Assembly: GCA_964446485.1 (NCBI GenBank) | Contig: CAYUOU010000001.1 | Span: 131,209-195,208, forward strand | Direction: 5' to 3' | DNA length: 64,000 nt | Source: an uncultured Desulfobacterales bacterium | Lineage (GTDB): Bacteria; Desulfobacterota; Desulfobacteria; Desulfobacterales; JBDRRP01 | Shown: positions 27,339 through 37,273 of the stretch, piece after piece | Layout of the letters: the number at the start of each line of letters is the position of its first letter | Position numbering within the stretch: the stretch's first letter is position 1 | Position numbers and translations under genes: made by a program | Notes under the pieces: model-generated | What the model saw: the letters and a program-made list of their open reading frames with translations, nothing else | Databases searched by the model: none | What the model was told of the DNA's origin: nothing

Positions 27339-29264
27339 TCATTTCTCAAGCACCCGCCGCAATGCTTCGGACAGCACCTGAATTTCCACGGGCTTTGGAA
27401 GCAATGCCTTGATTCCCCGGGAGCGCAACACCGCTTCGTCGAAATCCCCGCTGAAGGCCGTCATGAGAATGATCCGGGCGCCGGTGTATTTGGATACCAG
27501 TTTTTCCGCCAGTGCATCGCCGGGGATGTCCGGAAGGGCCCAGTCGGTGATAACCGCATCCGGGCGCGTCAGCTCATTTTCAAAGTGGTCGAGGGCTTTT
27601 TGGGAGCAGTCCACCCGTGTGACCTGGTACCCCAGGTAGGTCAGCATCTTCTCGAGGGTGATGGAAACAAAGGATTCGTCATCGACGATGAGCACCCGTT
27701 CATGGCCTCTCGGAAGCCGGTCGACGCTGGGATATGCGGCATCGGTTGCGTCGACGGCAGTGGGCAGGATGATCCGGACGCAGGTGCCCTCTCCCTCGGT
27801 GCTCGTCAGGGTGATATCGCCGTCGTGACCTTGTATGATGCCGTGCGCCGCATGCAGCCCAAGCCCCTTGCCGATGCCGCCCCGCTTCGTTGTGAAGTAT
27901 GGATCGAAAACCATCCGTAGGACGTCCTCGGCAATGCCGGCACCGTCGTCGGTGATGCTGATACGAAAATAGCGCTCGTGCGCCATCCGCGCATAAACGT
28001 CCTGATTGCCCGGAGATACTGAAATCAGATTGGCATCGACGGCAATGACACCCGGCTGGTCTCCGATGGCTTCCATGGCGTTGGTCAGTATTTTTTCCAG
28101 CGCTAATTGAAGCAGTGCCGGATCGCCGGAAATGTGGCCGTCGGTCTCGGCGAGGGAGAGCTTGATCTGAATCGACTCCGGCAAGGACCGGCGGAATTGC
28201 TTGACCACCCGAGACACCAGGCTGTTGCAATCCAGCAATATGTTATCGCGCTTATGGGGACCCCCGAGCCCATGTATGTGCTCTACCAATTCCATGGCCC
28301 GCCGGCCGGCCTTGGTGATCTGCGCAACATCCTTTTTTACCGCCTCATCGGTGACATCCATGGCGACCAGTTCGGCGAAACCGATGATGGCGTTCAGCAG
28401 GTTGTTGAAATCATGGCTCAGCCCGGAGGCAAGGGTTTGCAGTGCATGGTATTTTTCGGCTTCGATAATGCGGTCTCTGGATTGGCGAATTTCTTCCAGC
28501 TGGTGTTTCAGGGCCGCATGCACGCGGGCGTTGACCAGCGCAGTGGTCGCCTGCTCGGAAAAAATGGTCAGCAGCAGGGCGTCCTCTTCGGTGAACGACG
28601 CCCCGTCTTTTTTGTTGATCGTCTCCAAAACCCCCAGCAGTTCGCCGCCGTTTATCAGCGGCACGGCCAGCACCGAGTGCGTAACGAATCCGGTGCCTTC
28701 GTCAATGGCTGAAAAAAATCGGGAATCCTTTTGCACATCCGGCACGATAAGGCTCGTCTTGTGAACAGCCACCCACCCGGCAATGCCTTGCCCATGGGGC
28801 AGGCGGACGTCCTTCAATTCCTCGGCTGCGGGTCCCGTGGGTACGCTGAACAACAGATCTCCGGTTTCAGGATCGTGAAGAAACAGCGTGCTGGCAGCGG
28901 CACCGGTCACCCTGGCGGCGTTTTCCATGGTCAGCATGAGCACCTGTTCCAAATCAAGCGTGCCGGTTACTGAACCGATGAGGTCCCACAACGTGTCCTC
29001 GGCCTGTTTCTTTAACGCACAGTAGCGTTTCAGCATCGTCTGCTGCCGGCTCAGGGCGGCCTGGAGCTGGCCGTCGGTCACCGTCCCCATATCGCTGAGA
29101 ATCTGACCGAGCATCGGCACGCTGCCGGCCTCGCCCGTGAGTCGCGCCGCTGCGGCCCGGCGTGCCAGGACCAAACGATCTTCCGGCGGCAGAGGCTCCT
29201 GATCCGGATCACCGGTAGCCGCGGTTTTATGAATCAGCGAATGGAACAGTTTTTTTACATCCAT
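27339..29264 (-). CDS. hybrid sensor histidine kinase (GAF, HisKA, HATPase_c, REC)
   Basis: GAF segment (LFLHDPETGDLLF...GIAGWV), H-box GLSHDFNNLL, G-box DDGAGI and GKGLGL, and a C-terminal receiver VLIVDDE...ITDWALPD. ATG 29264 follows AAGGTG. Confidence 0.88.
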   Translation of the reverse strand: MDVKKLFHSLIHKTAATGDPDQEPLPPEDRLVLARRAAAARLTGEAGSVPMLGQILSDMGTVTDGQLQAALSRQQTMLKRYCALKKQAEDTLWDLIGSVTGTLDLEQVLMLTMENAARVTGAAASTLFLHDPETGDLLFSVPTGPAAEELKDVRLPHGQGIAGWVAVHKTSLIVPDVQKDSRFFSAIDEGTGFVTHSVLAVPLINGGELLGVLETINKKDGASFTEEDALLLTIFSEQATTALVNARVHAALKHQLEEIRQSRDRIIEAEKYHALQTLASGLSHDFNNLLNAIIGFAELVAMDVTDEAVKKDVAQITKAGRRAMELVEHIHGLGGPHKRDNILLDCNSLVSRVVKQFRRSLPESIQIKLSLAETDGHISGDPALLQLALEKILTNAMEAIGDQPGVIAVDANLISVSPGNQDVYARMAHERYFRISITDDGAGIAEDVLRMVFDPYFTTKRGGIGKGLGLHAAHGIIQGHDGDITLTSTEGEGTCVRIILPTAVDATDAAYPSVDRLPRGHERVLIVDDESFVSITLEKMLTYLGYQVTRVDCSQKALDHFENELTRPDAVITDWALPDIPGDALAEKLVSKYTGARIILMTAFSGDFDEAVLRSRGIKALLPKPVEIQVLSEALRRVLEK

Positions 29265-29394
29265 GGCTGCCACCTTTCAATGTGGTGGAAAGCGGTTGCA
29301 GTGGGCCGCCGGTTCAAGAAGGGGTTGCGGAAAGGGGAGGGCGAAGTGTCGTTGGGCCTGCGTCGAAGCACCACTGCTTTGTAGTTTTCGCTTA

Positions 29395-29450
29395 CTAAAA
29401 ATAATGGAAAGAAACAAGGGTGTCCCAGAGTTAATGGGGACACCCTTGTT
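29395..29450 (-). terminator. Rho-independent terminator downstream of carB
   Basis: Perfect 14-bp stem AACAAGGGTGTCCC/GGGACACCCTTGTT (29413..29450) with a 10-nt loop. On the minus strand it is followed by TCTTTCCATTATTTTT. Confidence 0.7.
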
Positions 29451-29464
29451 CGGGCGATGTCATT

Positions 29465-29495
29465 ACCCGGCGCGCCTGACCCTCCCGCGCCGGGT
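29465..29495 (-). other. GC-rich hairpin immediately after the carB stop codon
   Basis: Perfect 10-bp stem ACCCGGCGCG/CGCGCCGGGT with an 11-nt loop, starting 1 nt after the stop. No U-tract. Confidence 0.4.
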
Positions 29496-29496
29496 A

Positions 29497-32400
29497 TCAT
29501 CCGATACCTTTGTGGTAGGCCTGAATGGATTTCACCTGCGGCGCCCCCTGTCTTCTTGCGGCAATGCCTTTAGCGGCGGCGATGGCCGCCGCCGTCGTGG
29601 TGATATAGGGGACTTTGTACTTGATGGCGGCCTTTCTCACCTCGGAGTTGTCCTCAGCGCTGCGGCGACCGCTGGGCGTATTGACCAGCAGGTGCACTTG
29701 GCCGCTTTTGATGGCGTCAACGAGATTGGGGCGACCCAAACCGAGCTTGCGGACCGCCACCGTTTCAATACCGTTGGTTTCGAGAAAGCGGTGCGTGCCC
29801 TGGGTCGTCATGATGTTGAAGCCCAGCTCCCTGAACAGCCGGACCGGTTCTAGCGCGGCGGCCTTGTCGCGATCGGCGATGGTGAACAGCACCGTCCCTT
29901 CCAGTGGGAGGGCGGTCTGGGTGGCCTCCTGGGCCTTGAAGAACGCCCTTCCGTATGACTCGGAAATGCCCAGAACCTCGCCGGTGGATCGCATCTCCGG
30001 GCCCAGCAGGGGATCTACTTCCGGAAACATGTTGAATGGGAACACCGCCTCCTTTACCCCGTAGTGGGGCACATATCGATGGGTCAAGCCCATGCCCGAG
30101 AGGCGTCGGCCCAGCATAATCTCTGTGGCCAGGGTGGCCATGGCTACATTGCAGACCTTGGATACCAGAGGAACGGTACGTGAGGCACGCGGATTGGCTT
30201 CCAGCACGTAAACCGTGTTTTCGAAAATGGCGTACTGGATATTCATGAGCCCCACAACATTCATCGCCACGGCGATCTTACGGGTGTATTCGCTGATGGT
30301 TTCGACATGCTTGGGGGCGATGCTCACCGGAGGGATGACGCACGCCGAGTCGCCGGAGTGGATTCCCGCCAGCTCGATGTGCTCCATGACCGATGGCACG
30401 AAGGCATCCGTGCCGTCGGCGATGGCGTCGGCTTCGGCTTCCACGGCATTGTCCAGAAACTTGTCGATGAGAATGGGGCGCTGGGGCGAGAGGACCACCG
30501 CTGCGCGAACATATTCTTCCAGCATGCCCTCGTCGCGCACGACTTCCATGCCGCGTCCGCCCAGGACGTAAGACGGGCGCACCATCAGCGGATATCCGAT
30601 ATCGGCCGCGATATTGAGGGCTTCTTCCAAACTGCTGGCCATGCCGGAGGCGGGTTGGGGGATGCCGAGTTTTCGCATGATCCCGCGAAACCGGTCTCGG
30701 TCTTCGGCAAGGTCGATGGTGTCCGGGGACGTGCCGAGAATCGGCACACCGGCCGCTGCCAGCTCGGAGGCGATATTCAGCGGGGTTTGCCCCCCGAACT
30801 GCACCACCACGCCTTCGGGTTTTTCCTTCTCGTAGATGCTCAGGACATCCTCGAGCGTGAGGGGCTCGAAGTATAGTTTGTCTGAAGTATCGTAGTCCGT
30901 GGACACCGTTTCAGGATTGCAGTTGATCATGATCGACTCATATCCAGCGGCCCGGATGGCCAACGCGGCATGGACGCAGCAGTAGTCGAATTCAATACCC
31001 TGCCCGATGCGGTTGGGGCCGCCCCCCAGCACCATGATCTTCTTTCGATCGCTCACCGGCACCCGGTCAGGCGCATTGTAGGTGGAATAGTAATAGGCGG
31101 CATCTTCCACGCCGCTTACCGGCACCGGTTCCCATCCTTCGACCACCCCCAGACGAAGGCGCTGTTCACGGATCTCCACCTCTTCGACGTCCAGGAGCCC
31201 GGCCAGATAGCGATCGGCGAAACCATCCTGCTTGGCACGCGCCAGTAGGTCGTCGGGCAGTGCGGCGCCCTTTTTGGAAAGGATCTCCGCTTCGAGTTCC
31301 ACGAGCTCCTTCATCTGTTCGATGAACCATGCTTTGATGTGGGTGATTTCGCTGAGGACCTCCACCGACGCACCTTTTCGAAGCGCCTCGTACATGATGA
31401 ACTGTCGCTCGCTGCTGGGTGTTCCCAACCGCTGCATCAGCGCATCCAGGGGCATCGAATGAAACTCCTTGGCGAAACCCAGGCCGTAGCGACCGGTTTC
31501 AAGGCTCCGGATGGCTTTTTGCAGCGCCTCTTTGTAGGTGCGCCCCAGACTCATCACCTCGCCCACGGCGCGCATCTGGGTACCCAGCTCGTCTTTGACG
31601 CCCTTGAACTTCTCGAAGGCCCACCGGGCAAACTTCACCACCACATACTCGCCGGACGGCGTGTATTTCTCCAGCGTACCATCGCGCCAGTAGGGGATTT
31701 CATCCAGCGTCAGCCCTCCGGCCAACAGCGCCGACATCCGAGCGATGGGAAAACCCGTCGCCTTGGAGGCGAGCGCCGATGATCGTGAGGTGCGCGGGTT
31801 GATTTCGATAACCACCACCCGCCCGGATTTGGGGTCGTGGGCAAATTGGATGTTGGTGCCGCCGATGACTTCGATGGCTTCCACAATGGCGTAGGAATAC
31901 CGCTGAAGTCGATCCTGAAGGTCCGGTGCAATGGTGAGCATGGGTGCCGTACAGAAGCTGTCACCGGTGTGCACCCCCATGGCGTCCACATTTTCGATGA
32001 AACAGACGGTAATCATGTGGTTCTTGGCATCGCGTACCACCTCCAGTTCGAGCTCCTCCCAGCCCAGGACCGATTCTTCCACCAGTACCTGATGCACCAT
32101 GCTGGCGGCGAGTCCCCGTGCCGCGACCGTCCGCAGTTCCTCCAGATTGTAAACCAACCCGCCGCCGGTGCCGCCCATAGTGTAGGCGGGCCGGATCACC
32201 ACTGGAAACCCCAGCGATTCGGCAACGGTTTCGGCGTCCGCCACCGTTTCAACGGTCTGGCTCTTGGGCATCTCGATTTCCAGGCGATTCATGGTTTCCT
32301 TGAAGGCCAGCCGGTCTTCTCCTCGCTTGATGGCGTCCACGTTGACGCCGATGATGCGGACTCCGTATGCATCCAGTACGCCCAGCTGGGAAAGCTCCGA

Positions 32401-32697
32401 TGAGAGGTTCAGGCCCTGTTGGCCGCCAAGGTTGGGCAACAGTGCGTCAGGCCTCTCCTTGGCGATGATTTCCGTGAGGACCTTGGCGTTTAGCGGTTCG
32501 ATGTAGGTGGCGTCCGCCATGCCGGGATCCGTCATGATGGTGGCCGGGTTGGAATTGACCAACACAATTTCGTAGCCAAGGGATCTCAAGGCCTTGCAGG
32601 CCTGGGTGCCGGAGTAGTCGAATTCGCAGGCTTGACCGATGACGATGGGTCCTGAACCGATGATCAAGACTTTGTGGATGTCTTCGCGTCTTGGCAT
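29497..32697 (-). CDS. carB: carbamoyl-phosphate synthase large subunit
   Basis: 1066 aa. N-terminus KVLIIGSGPIVIGQACEFDYSGTQA. Duplicated ATP-grasp halves and a C-terminal MGS-like domain. No carA adjacent. Confidence 0.97.
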   Translation of the reverse strand: MPRREDIHKVLIIGSGPIVIGQACEFDYSGTQACKALRSLGYEIVLVNSNPATIMTDPGMADATYIEPLNAKVLTEIIAKERPDALLPNLGGQQGLNLSSELSQLGVLDAYGVRIIGVNVDAIKRGEDRLAFKETMNRLEIEMPKSQTVETVADAETVAESLGFPVVIRPAYTMGGTGGGLVYNLEELRTVAARGLAASMVHQVLVEESVLGWEELELEVVRDAKNHMITVCFIENVDAMGVHTGDSFCTAPMLTIAPDLQDRLQRYSYAIVEAIEVIGGTNIQFAHDPKSGRVVVIEINPRTSRSSALASKATGFPIARMSALLAGGLTLDEIPYWRDGTLEKYTPSGEYVVVKFARWAFEKFKGVKDELGTQMRAVGEVMSLGRTYKEALQKAIRSLETGRYGLGFAKEFHSMPLDALMQRLGTPSSERQFIMYEALRKGASVEVLSEITHIKAWFIEQMKELVELEAEILSKKGAALPDDLLARAKQDGFADRYLAGLLDVEEVEIREQRLRLGVVEGWEPVPVSGVEDAAYYYSTYNAPDRVPVSDRKKIMVLGGGPNRIGQGIEFDYCCVHAALAIRAAGYESIMINCNPETVSTDYDTSDKLYFEPLTLEDVLSIYEKEKPEGVVVQFGGQTPLNIASELAAAGVPILGTSPDTIDLAEDRDRFRGIMRKLGIPQPASGMASSLEEALNIAADIGYPLMVRPSYVLGGRGMEVVRDEGMLEEYVRAAVVLSPQRPILIDKFLDNAVEAEADAIADGTDAFVPSVMEHIELAGIHSGDSACVIPPVSIAPKHVETISEYTRKIAVAMNVVGLMNIQYAIFENTVYVLEANPRASRTVPLVSKVCNVAMATLATEIMLGRRLSGMGLTHRYVPHYGVKEAVFPFNMFPEVDPLLGPEMRSTGEVLGISESYGRAFFKAQEATQTALPLEGTVLFTIADRDKAAALEPVRLFRELGFNIMTTQGTHRFLETNGIETVAVRKLGLGRPNLVDAIKSGQVHLLVNTPSGRRSAEDNSEVRKAAIKYKVPYITTTAAAIAAAKGIAARRQGAPQVKSIQAYHKGIG

Positions 32698-32999
32698 GGG
32701 CGCTCCTTTTGTCGTGTTTGGTTGAATGCGGCGGGAGGCGGCCTGGCTGGCCGGGCGTTCGTATCAGTTCCACTTAATATTCAACGGCATCCCGTGTAAA
32801 GGGCTTTATGTCTGCCGATCGCGCCGCCGTCTCATCGATTGACAGCAAAAGGCACACCTGCTTTGATGGCCCCCTCACCGGCGGCAACGGCAACCACGAT
32901 GATTAGTTCAGCTAAACTCCAACGTTGCAAAAGCCGGAGGGCTTCGTAGTCAAGGCGCCGAGATGGGGTAAACATCATCGGCGGAAAGGAGCGCACGGC

Positions 33000-34412
33000 A
33001 TGGGCGGCCTGTTCGGTACGGTTTCAAAAGAAGACTGTGTCAGGGACTTATTCTACGGTGTCGACTATCATTTTCACCTCGGCACCAAGCGCGGTGGGAT
33101 GGCCGTTTGGAACGGCACGCGCTTCGTTCGCACCATTCACAGCATTGAAAGCGACTATTTTCGGAGCAAATTCGAACCCGATCTCAACAAGTTCAGCGGA
33201 TGCATGGGCATCGGGGTCATCAGCGACAACGACTCCCAGCCGCTTATCATCGCCAGCCACTTGGGCACCTTTGCCATTGCCACCGTCGGCCGGATCATCA
33301 ACATGGCCGAACTAACCGATGCGGCCTGCCTCAGGAGGGAACATTTCTCCGAATCGGCCAGCGGGGTCACCAACCCCACGGAGTTGGCGGCGGCGCTAAT
33401 CTGCAGCGCCGACACGCTGCAGGACGGCATCCGCCTGGCCCAGGAAAAGATCCAGGGATCCTGCACCATGCTGGTGCTCACCAATGCGGGCCTCTGGGCA
33501 GCGAGGGACCGGTTGGGGCGCACCCCCCTTGTCGTCGCCAGAAAAGCCGGCGGCTTTGCGGTGGCATCGGAAAGCTGCGCATTTCCCAACTTGGGGTTTG
33601 AACCCGTAAAGGACCTGGGGCCCGGTGAAATCGTTTTGTTGACGCCGGAGGGGATCGATCAGCAACGCCCCCCCGGTGATGAGATGCAGGTGTGTTCGTT
33701 TCTATGGGTATACTACGGCTATCCCGCTTCGGACTACGAAGGCATCAATGTGGAGGCGGTGCGGTACCGCTGTGGTTGCGCTCTGGCAGCAAACGATGGG
33801 GTGAGTCCCGACTGTGTGGCGGGCATCCCCGACTCGGGAATTGGGCATGCATTGGGTTATGCGCACTGCCGCCAGGTGCCCTATATGCGACCCTATGTGA
33901 AATACACCCCCACCTGGCCGCGAAGTTTCATGCCGCAAAACCAGCACATGCGCGATCTGGTTGCCAGCATGAAGCTCATCCCGGTAAAGAGCCTGGTGAG
34001 GGGTAAACGTATCCTTTTTTGCGACGACAGCATCGTCAGGGGCACCCAGCTCAAAGACAACGTCCAGGCCCTCTTCGAGGCGGGCGCCGCCGAGGTCCAC
34101 ATGCGCATCGCTTGCCCGACATTGATCTTTCCCTGTGAATTTCTGAGCTTTTCCACCTCCCGCTCCACGTCGGATCTGGCCGGGCGTCTGGCCATCACCG
34201 AAATCGAGGGGGCACCGGAGCCTTCCCCGGATGTCCTTGCCGATTATGCCGATGCCGGCACCGATCGCCACCAGGCCATGGTGGAAAGCATCCGAAATCG
34301 GCTTCACCTCACCACACTGAAATACCAGACCATGGGCGACCTGGTGCAGGCCATCGGCCTTCCCAAAGAAAGGCTCTGCACCCACTGTTGGGACGGCACC
34401 AGCCGGTTCTGA
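33000..34412 (+). CDS. amidophosphoribosyltransferase-like protein (PurF paralog lacking the N-terminal Cys nucleophile)
   Basis: ATG 33000, 8 nt after AAAGGAG. PRPP loop ILFCDDSIVRGTQ and apparent Fe-S Cys positions are retained. The N-terminus is MGGLFG instead of MCG[IV]xG. Confidence 0.78.
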   Translation: MGGLFGTVSKEDCVRDLFYGVDYHFHLGTKRGGMAVWNGTRFVRTIHSIESDYFRSKFEPDLNKFSGCMGIGVISDNDSQPLIIASHLGTFAIATVGRIINMAELTDAACLRREHFSESASGVTNPTELAAALICSADTLQDGIRLAQEKIQGSCTMLVLTNAGLWAARDRLGRTPLVVARKAGGFAVASESCAFPNLGFEPVKDLGPGEIVLLTPEGIDQQRPPGDEMQVCSFLWVYYGYPASDYEGINVEAVRYRCGCALAANDGVSPDCVAGIPDSGIGHALGYAHCRQVPYMRPYVKYTPTWPRSFMPQNQHMRDLVASMKLIPVKSLVRGKRILFCDDSIVRGTQLKDNVQALFEAGAAEVHMRIACPTLIFPCEFLSFSTSRSTSDLAGRLAITEIEGAPEPSPDVLADYADAGTDRHQAMVESIRNRLHLTTLKYQTMGDLVQAIGLPKERLCTHCWDGTSRF

Positions 34413-34524
34413 GGCCAACGCGCTCACTTAAGTAATCCAAGCATTTCCTTCGCCAGCATTCGCCGCTCCGCTTCCAGGGGGATCGACGGGCGGTCGGGGG
34501 CTGTTTTCGATGCTGTCCAGAAAA

Positions 34525-35439
34525 TCATCCAATGTCATGATCGCCTCCATGAATCGGGGTGATGCGTTGGAAAAGCCCATCCAGGAGTTGCTCCGCCAGC
34601 TTCTCATGGGCGTCGGACACAAAACCCGATTCCAGTTCACGAAATATGGTTTCGTAGCGAGACGCGCGAAGGCTGTTATATTGACGGCGCACCAGCGGCC
34701 GCTCGTATTCGCCATTCTCGAAAAAATAATTGAGGGGGCCGGGGGCATCCGGCCGCCGAAACGGCCACTGCGCGTGAATGGCGGACAGGTCCTTAATGAG
34801 GGTGGCCGCCGCGGCGATCGCTGGCGGATCGGCATCCGCCAGAGACGTGCCCATGCGATTTTCCACCGCTTCCAATACGGCGACGATGAGCCGCCGCTCG
34901 GTCACCATGAGGCCATAGTCGTACCAGTGGTCGAAGGCTGATTTGACGATGCTGAGATATTCCGGGGGGATCCGGCGGGACGAGGGGCAAAAATAGGAAG
35001 CACACGCCAGGCCGCCGTAGTAGCTCAGCCCGCGCCAGTCGATGCCGGCATTGCCTTCGGTCAGGGGGTGCAGTAGGCAGCCCACCCGCCGGCCACCGTC
35101 GATGAACCCCACGAAGGGGCAGTGGTGAAAATCCGGAAACGGGCGTTTCGGCGGGGTGAACCCTTTGAATCCTTCGGCAAACCCGTCGATGTCGTCAACG
35201 GTTCGCGGGATCTTGGAAAAGGCCTCCGTGCGGTGCCGAAGCATCGCCGTGAGTGAATCCCTGGACAGACCGGGCAGATTGTAGAGTCCGCAGCAGGCGC
35301 CGCACGAGATTGTGTCGCCAACCTGGCACAGATAGACGCGCGGTGCTTCGAGCGTAGGATTGATCGACGGGTTACCGTGGGCGGCGGATGGCATCATGCA
35401 GTCGTAGCAGCCTTCTATGGATTGCGGCGGCAACGGCAT
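34525..35439 (-). CDS. hypothetical cysteine-rich protein (YkgJ/UPF0153-like CxxCGxCC motif)
   Basis: C-x8-CGACCG cluster and further conserved Cys/His (HHCPF, GCLLHP, CASYFCP). No confident family. Start uncertain (35439, 35397 or 35394). Confidence 0.5.
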   Translation of the reverse strand: MPLPPQSIEGCYDCMMPSAAHGNPSINPTLEAPRVYLCQVGDTISCGACCGLYNLPGLSRDSLTAMLRHRTEAFSKIPRTVDDIDGFAEGFKGFTPPKRPFPDFHHCPFVGFIDGGRRVGCLLHPLTEGNAGIDWRGLSYYGGLACASYFCPSSRRIPPEYLSIVKSAFDHWYDYGLMVTERRLIVAVLEAVENRMGTSLADADPPAIAAAATLIKDLSAIHAQWPFRRPDAPGPLNYFFENGEYERPLVRRQYNSLRASRYETIFRELESGFVSDAHEKLAEQLLDGLFQRITPIHGGDHDIG

Positions 35440-35592
35440 CACCGCCAGCGCTCAATGGATGGGTTACCCACTCAGATTCCGTCTGGAAAGTCAATGCGGT
35501 AAGCGCTTCACAACGAGCACACCCGGGCAAGTCAGTCATGACGGTTCCGTAAAAAGTCCGATATCTGCGTTACGCGTCATCCTTTGTCATTA

Positions 35593-35620
35593 CGGCGTAC
35601 TGTAAGTACGCCGCATTTTT
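35593..35620 (+). terminator. plus-strand-oriented intrinsic-terminator-like hairpin with no upstream plus-strand gene
   Basis: CGGCGTACT-gta-AGTACGCCG (9-bp stem) followed by CATTTTT. Lies in the 248-nt gap between two minus-strand genes. Confidence 0.4.
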
Positions 35621-35687
35621 CAGGATTCGCAAGTCGTATCTCGAACATGTTACGAAATCGTCCTTTTTGCCACTTTTTACCGTTTCA

Positions 35688-36062
35688 TCAGTCATACCCG
35701 AGGTCGGCGAGTTGATCCTCGTCGAATCCGAGGTAGTGCGCCACCTCGTGGACGACCGTGATTTCGATTTCTGCTTCCAATTCGGTCAGGCTCCGGCAAT
35801 AGTGCTCCAGGGGTTGTCTGAAAATGAGAATTTCGTCCGGATAGAGGGGCGGGTCGGTGACCGATCGGTCCGGCAGCGGTACCCCGGTATAGAGGCCAAA
35901 GAGGGTTTCCCCTTCAGGCACCCCCATCTCCTCGAGCAACACGGCCGATGGTCGCGGTTCGACGATGATGGCCAGATTGTGGAGGTGTCGCCGGATTTCC
36001 TCGGGAATGCGGGCCACAGCCCGCTCAACGGCCTTGTCGAATGCACTGGGGGTCAGCTTCAT
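35688..36062 (-). CDS. small metallopeptidase-family protein (DUF1025-like, HExxH)
   Basis: 124 aa. C-terminal VVHEVAHYLGFDEDQLADLG carries an HExxH zinc motif. Confidence 0.7.
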   Translation of the reverse strand: MKLTPSAFDKAVERAVARIPEEIRRHLHNLAIIVEPRPSAVLLEEMGVPEGETLFGLYTGVPLPDRSVTDPPLYPDEILIFRQPLEHYCRSLTELEAEIEITVVHEVAHYLGFDEDQLADLGYD

Positions 36063-36403
36063 GCGGAATCCTGCGCTTTAAACGATTCGCCGCCATGGTT
36101 GCGGTGTTCACCGACCCTATCGCCGACGCATTAACTGGGGCAACAAAAAAAGCAGTTGCGGCCGACAGTCCTTTGCCCCCATATTCGATAAGGCGCCGCT
36201 TTTCATCCCGCGCCGCCGTCTCGAAAGGATAACACCTTGGCACACACCTGCGACATCGTTATCTCACACTAATGCTTCCCCAGGATGCCAACCCGGCCGG
36301 AAATGTCCACGGTGGCGGCTCGGAGAAAGGCCCGGCTGGAAGGGTTGGGAAAAGTGAAAGCGTGTCGGCTGGAAAGCACGCATTGCGATTAGGAGACTTT
36401 TAG

Positions 36404-37228
36404 ATGGACATCATTGTTTTGGAACGCAGCGATCACGTCGCTCACCTTGTCTTGAACCGACCGGAGCGCAAAAACACTTTCAATGCGTCCATGTGGACTG
36501 CATTGGAACGGCGAATCGACGAACTCAGCGAAGATCCGCCACGGGTCCTGGTCGTGTCCGGAAACCCTTCCGGCGGGTTCAGTGCCGGTTTCGACGTCAA
36601 CCCGGACAACCCCATGGTCGTCCAATTCATGCAGGCCCTGGACGGCGGCGATCACAGGACGGTCAAAAGCCTTATCGCCCGGATGCGCACGGCTGTGGAT
36701 CGCCTTGCCGGGCTGCCGATTCCGGTCATTGCCGCGATCACCGGCGACGCCTATGGCGGTGGCGCCGAACTGGCCATCCGGTGCGACATGCGGCTCATGG
36801 CGGCCGATGCCAGGATATGTTTTTCAGAGGTGACGCTGGGGTTGATGCCCGACTGGGGCGGTGGCGTGGCTTTGGTTCGATTGCTGGGGAGGGCACGGTC
36901 GGCGGAACTGATTTTATCCGCCGAGCCGGTGTCCTCAGGCGATGCATTGTCCATGGGCCTGGTCAATCGGGTCTGTCCGCCGGATCAGGTGGTGGCCGAA
37001 GCCCTTGCTCTGGCGCGGCGCATCGCTGCCAACGGACCTCTCGCCGTTCGAAAGGCGCTGTCAATTATCCGTGACACGCCGGATCTTTCCGAACCGGCGG
37101 CACTTGAAGTGGAATCCCAGCGTGCGGTGGATCTCATCATGACCGGTGAGTGCATCCATGGCATCACAGCGTTTCTATCCGGAGAAAAGGCCGAATTCCC
37201 AGAACCGACAGCGGACCTTTTCGATTAA
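36404..37228 (+). CDS. enoyl-CoA hydratase/isomerase (crotonase) family protein
   Basis: TAGGAG SD. Oxyanion-hole segments FSAGFDV and GDAYGGGAELAIRCDMR. Confidence 0.85.
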   Translation: MDIIVLERSDHVAHLVLNRPERKNTFNASMWTALERRIDELSEDPPRVLVVSGNPSGGFSAGFDVNPDNPMVVQFMQALDGGDHRTVKSLIARMRTAVDRLAGLPIPVIAAITGDAYGGGAELAIRCDMRLMAADARICFSEVTLGLMPDWGGGVALVRLLGRARSAELILSAEPVSSGDALSMGLVNRVCPPDQVVAEALALARRIAANGPLAVRKALSIIRDTPDLSEPAALEVESQRAVDLIMTGECIHGITAFLSGEKAEFPEPTADLFD

Positions 37229-37273
37229 CTGCCCCTCGTTTCGAAATTTCACAAATGGTGTTAAGGAGGGGAC

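Noticed and set aside
36238-36253. TGGCACacaccTGCG upstream of the enoyl-CoA hydratase / kinase / activator genes, considered as an autoregulatory sigma-54 promoter.
   Set aside because: The GC of the -12 element is one nucleotide too close to the GG (11-nt rather than 12-nt register). Sigma-54 promoters are very intolerant of spacing changes.
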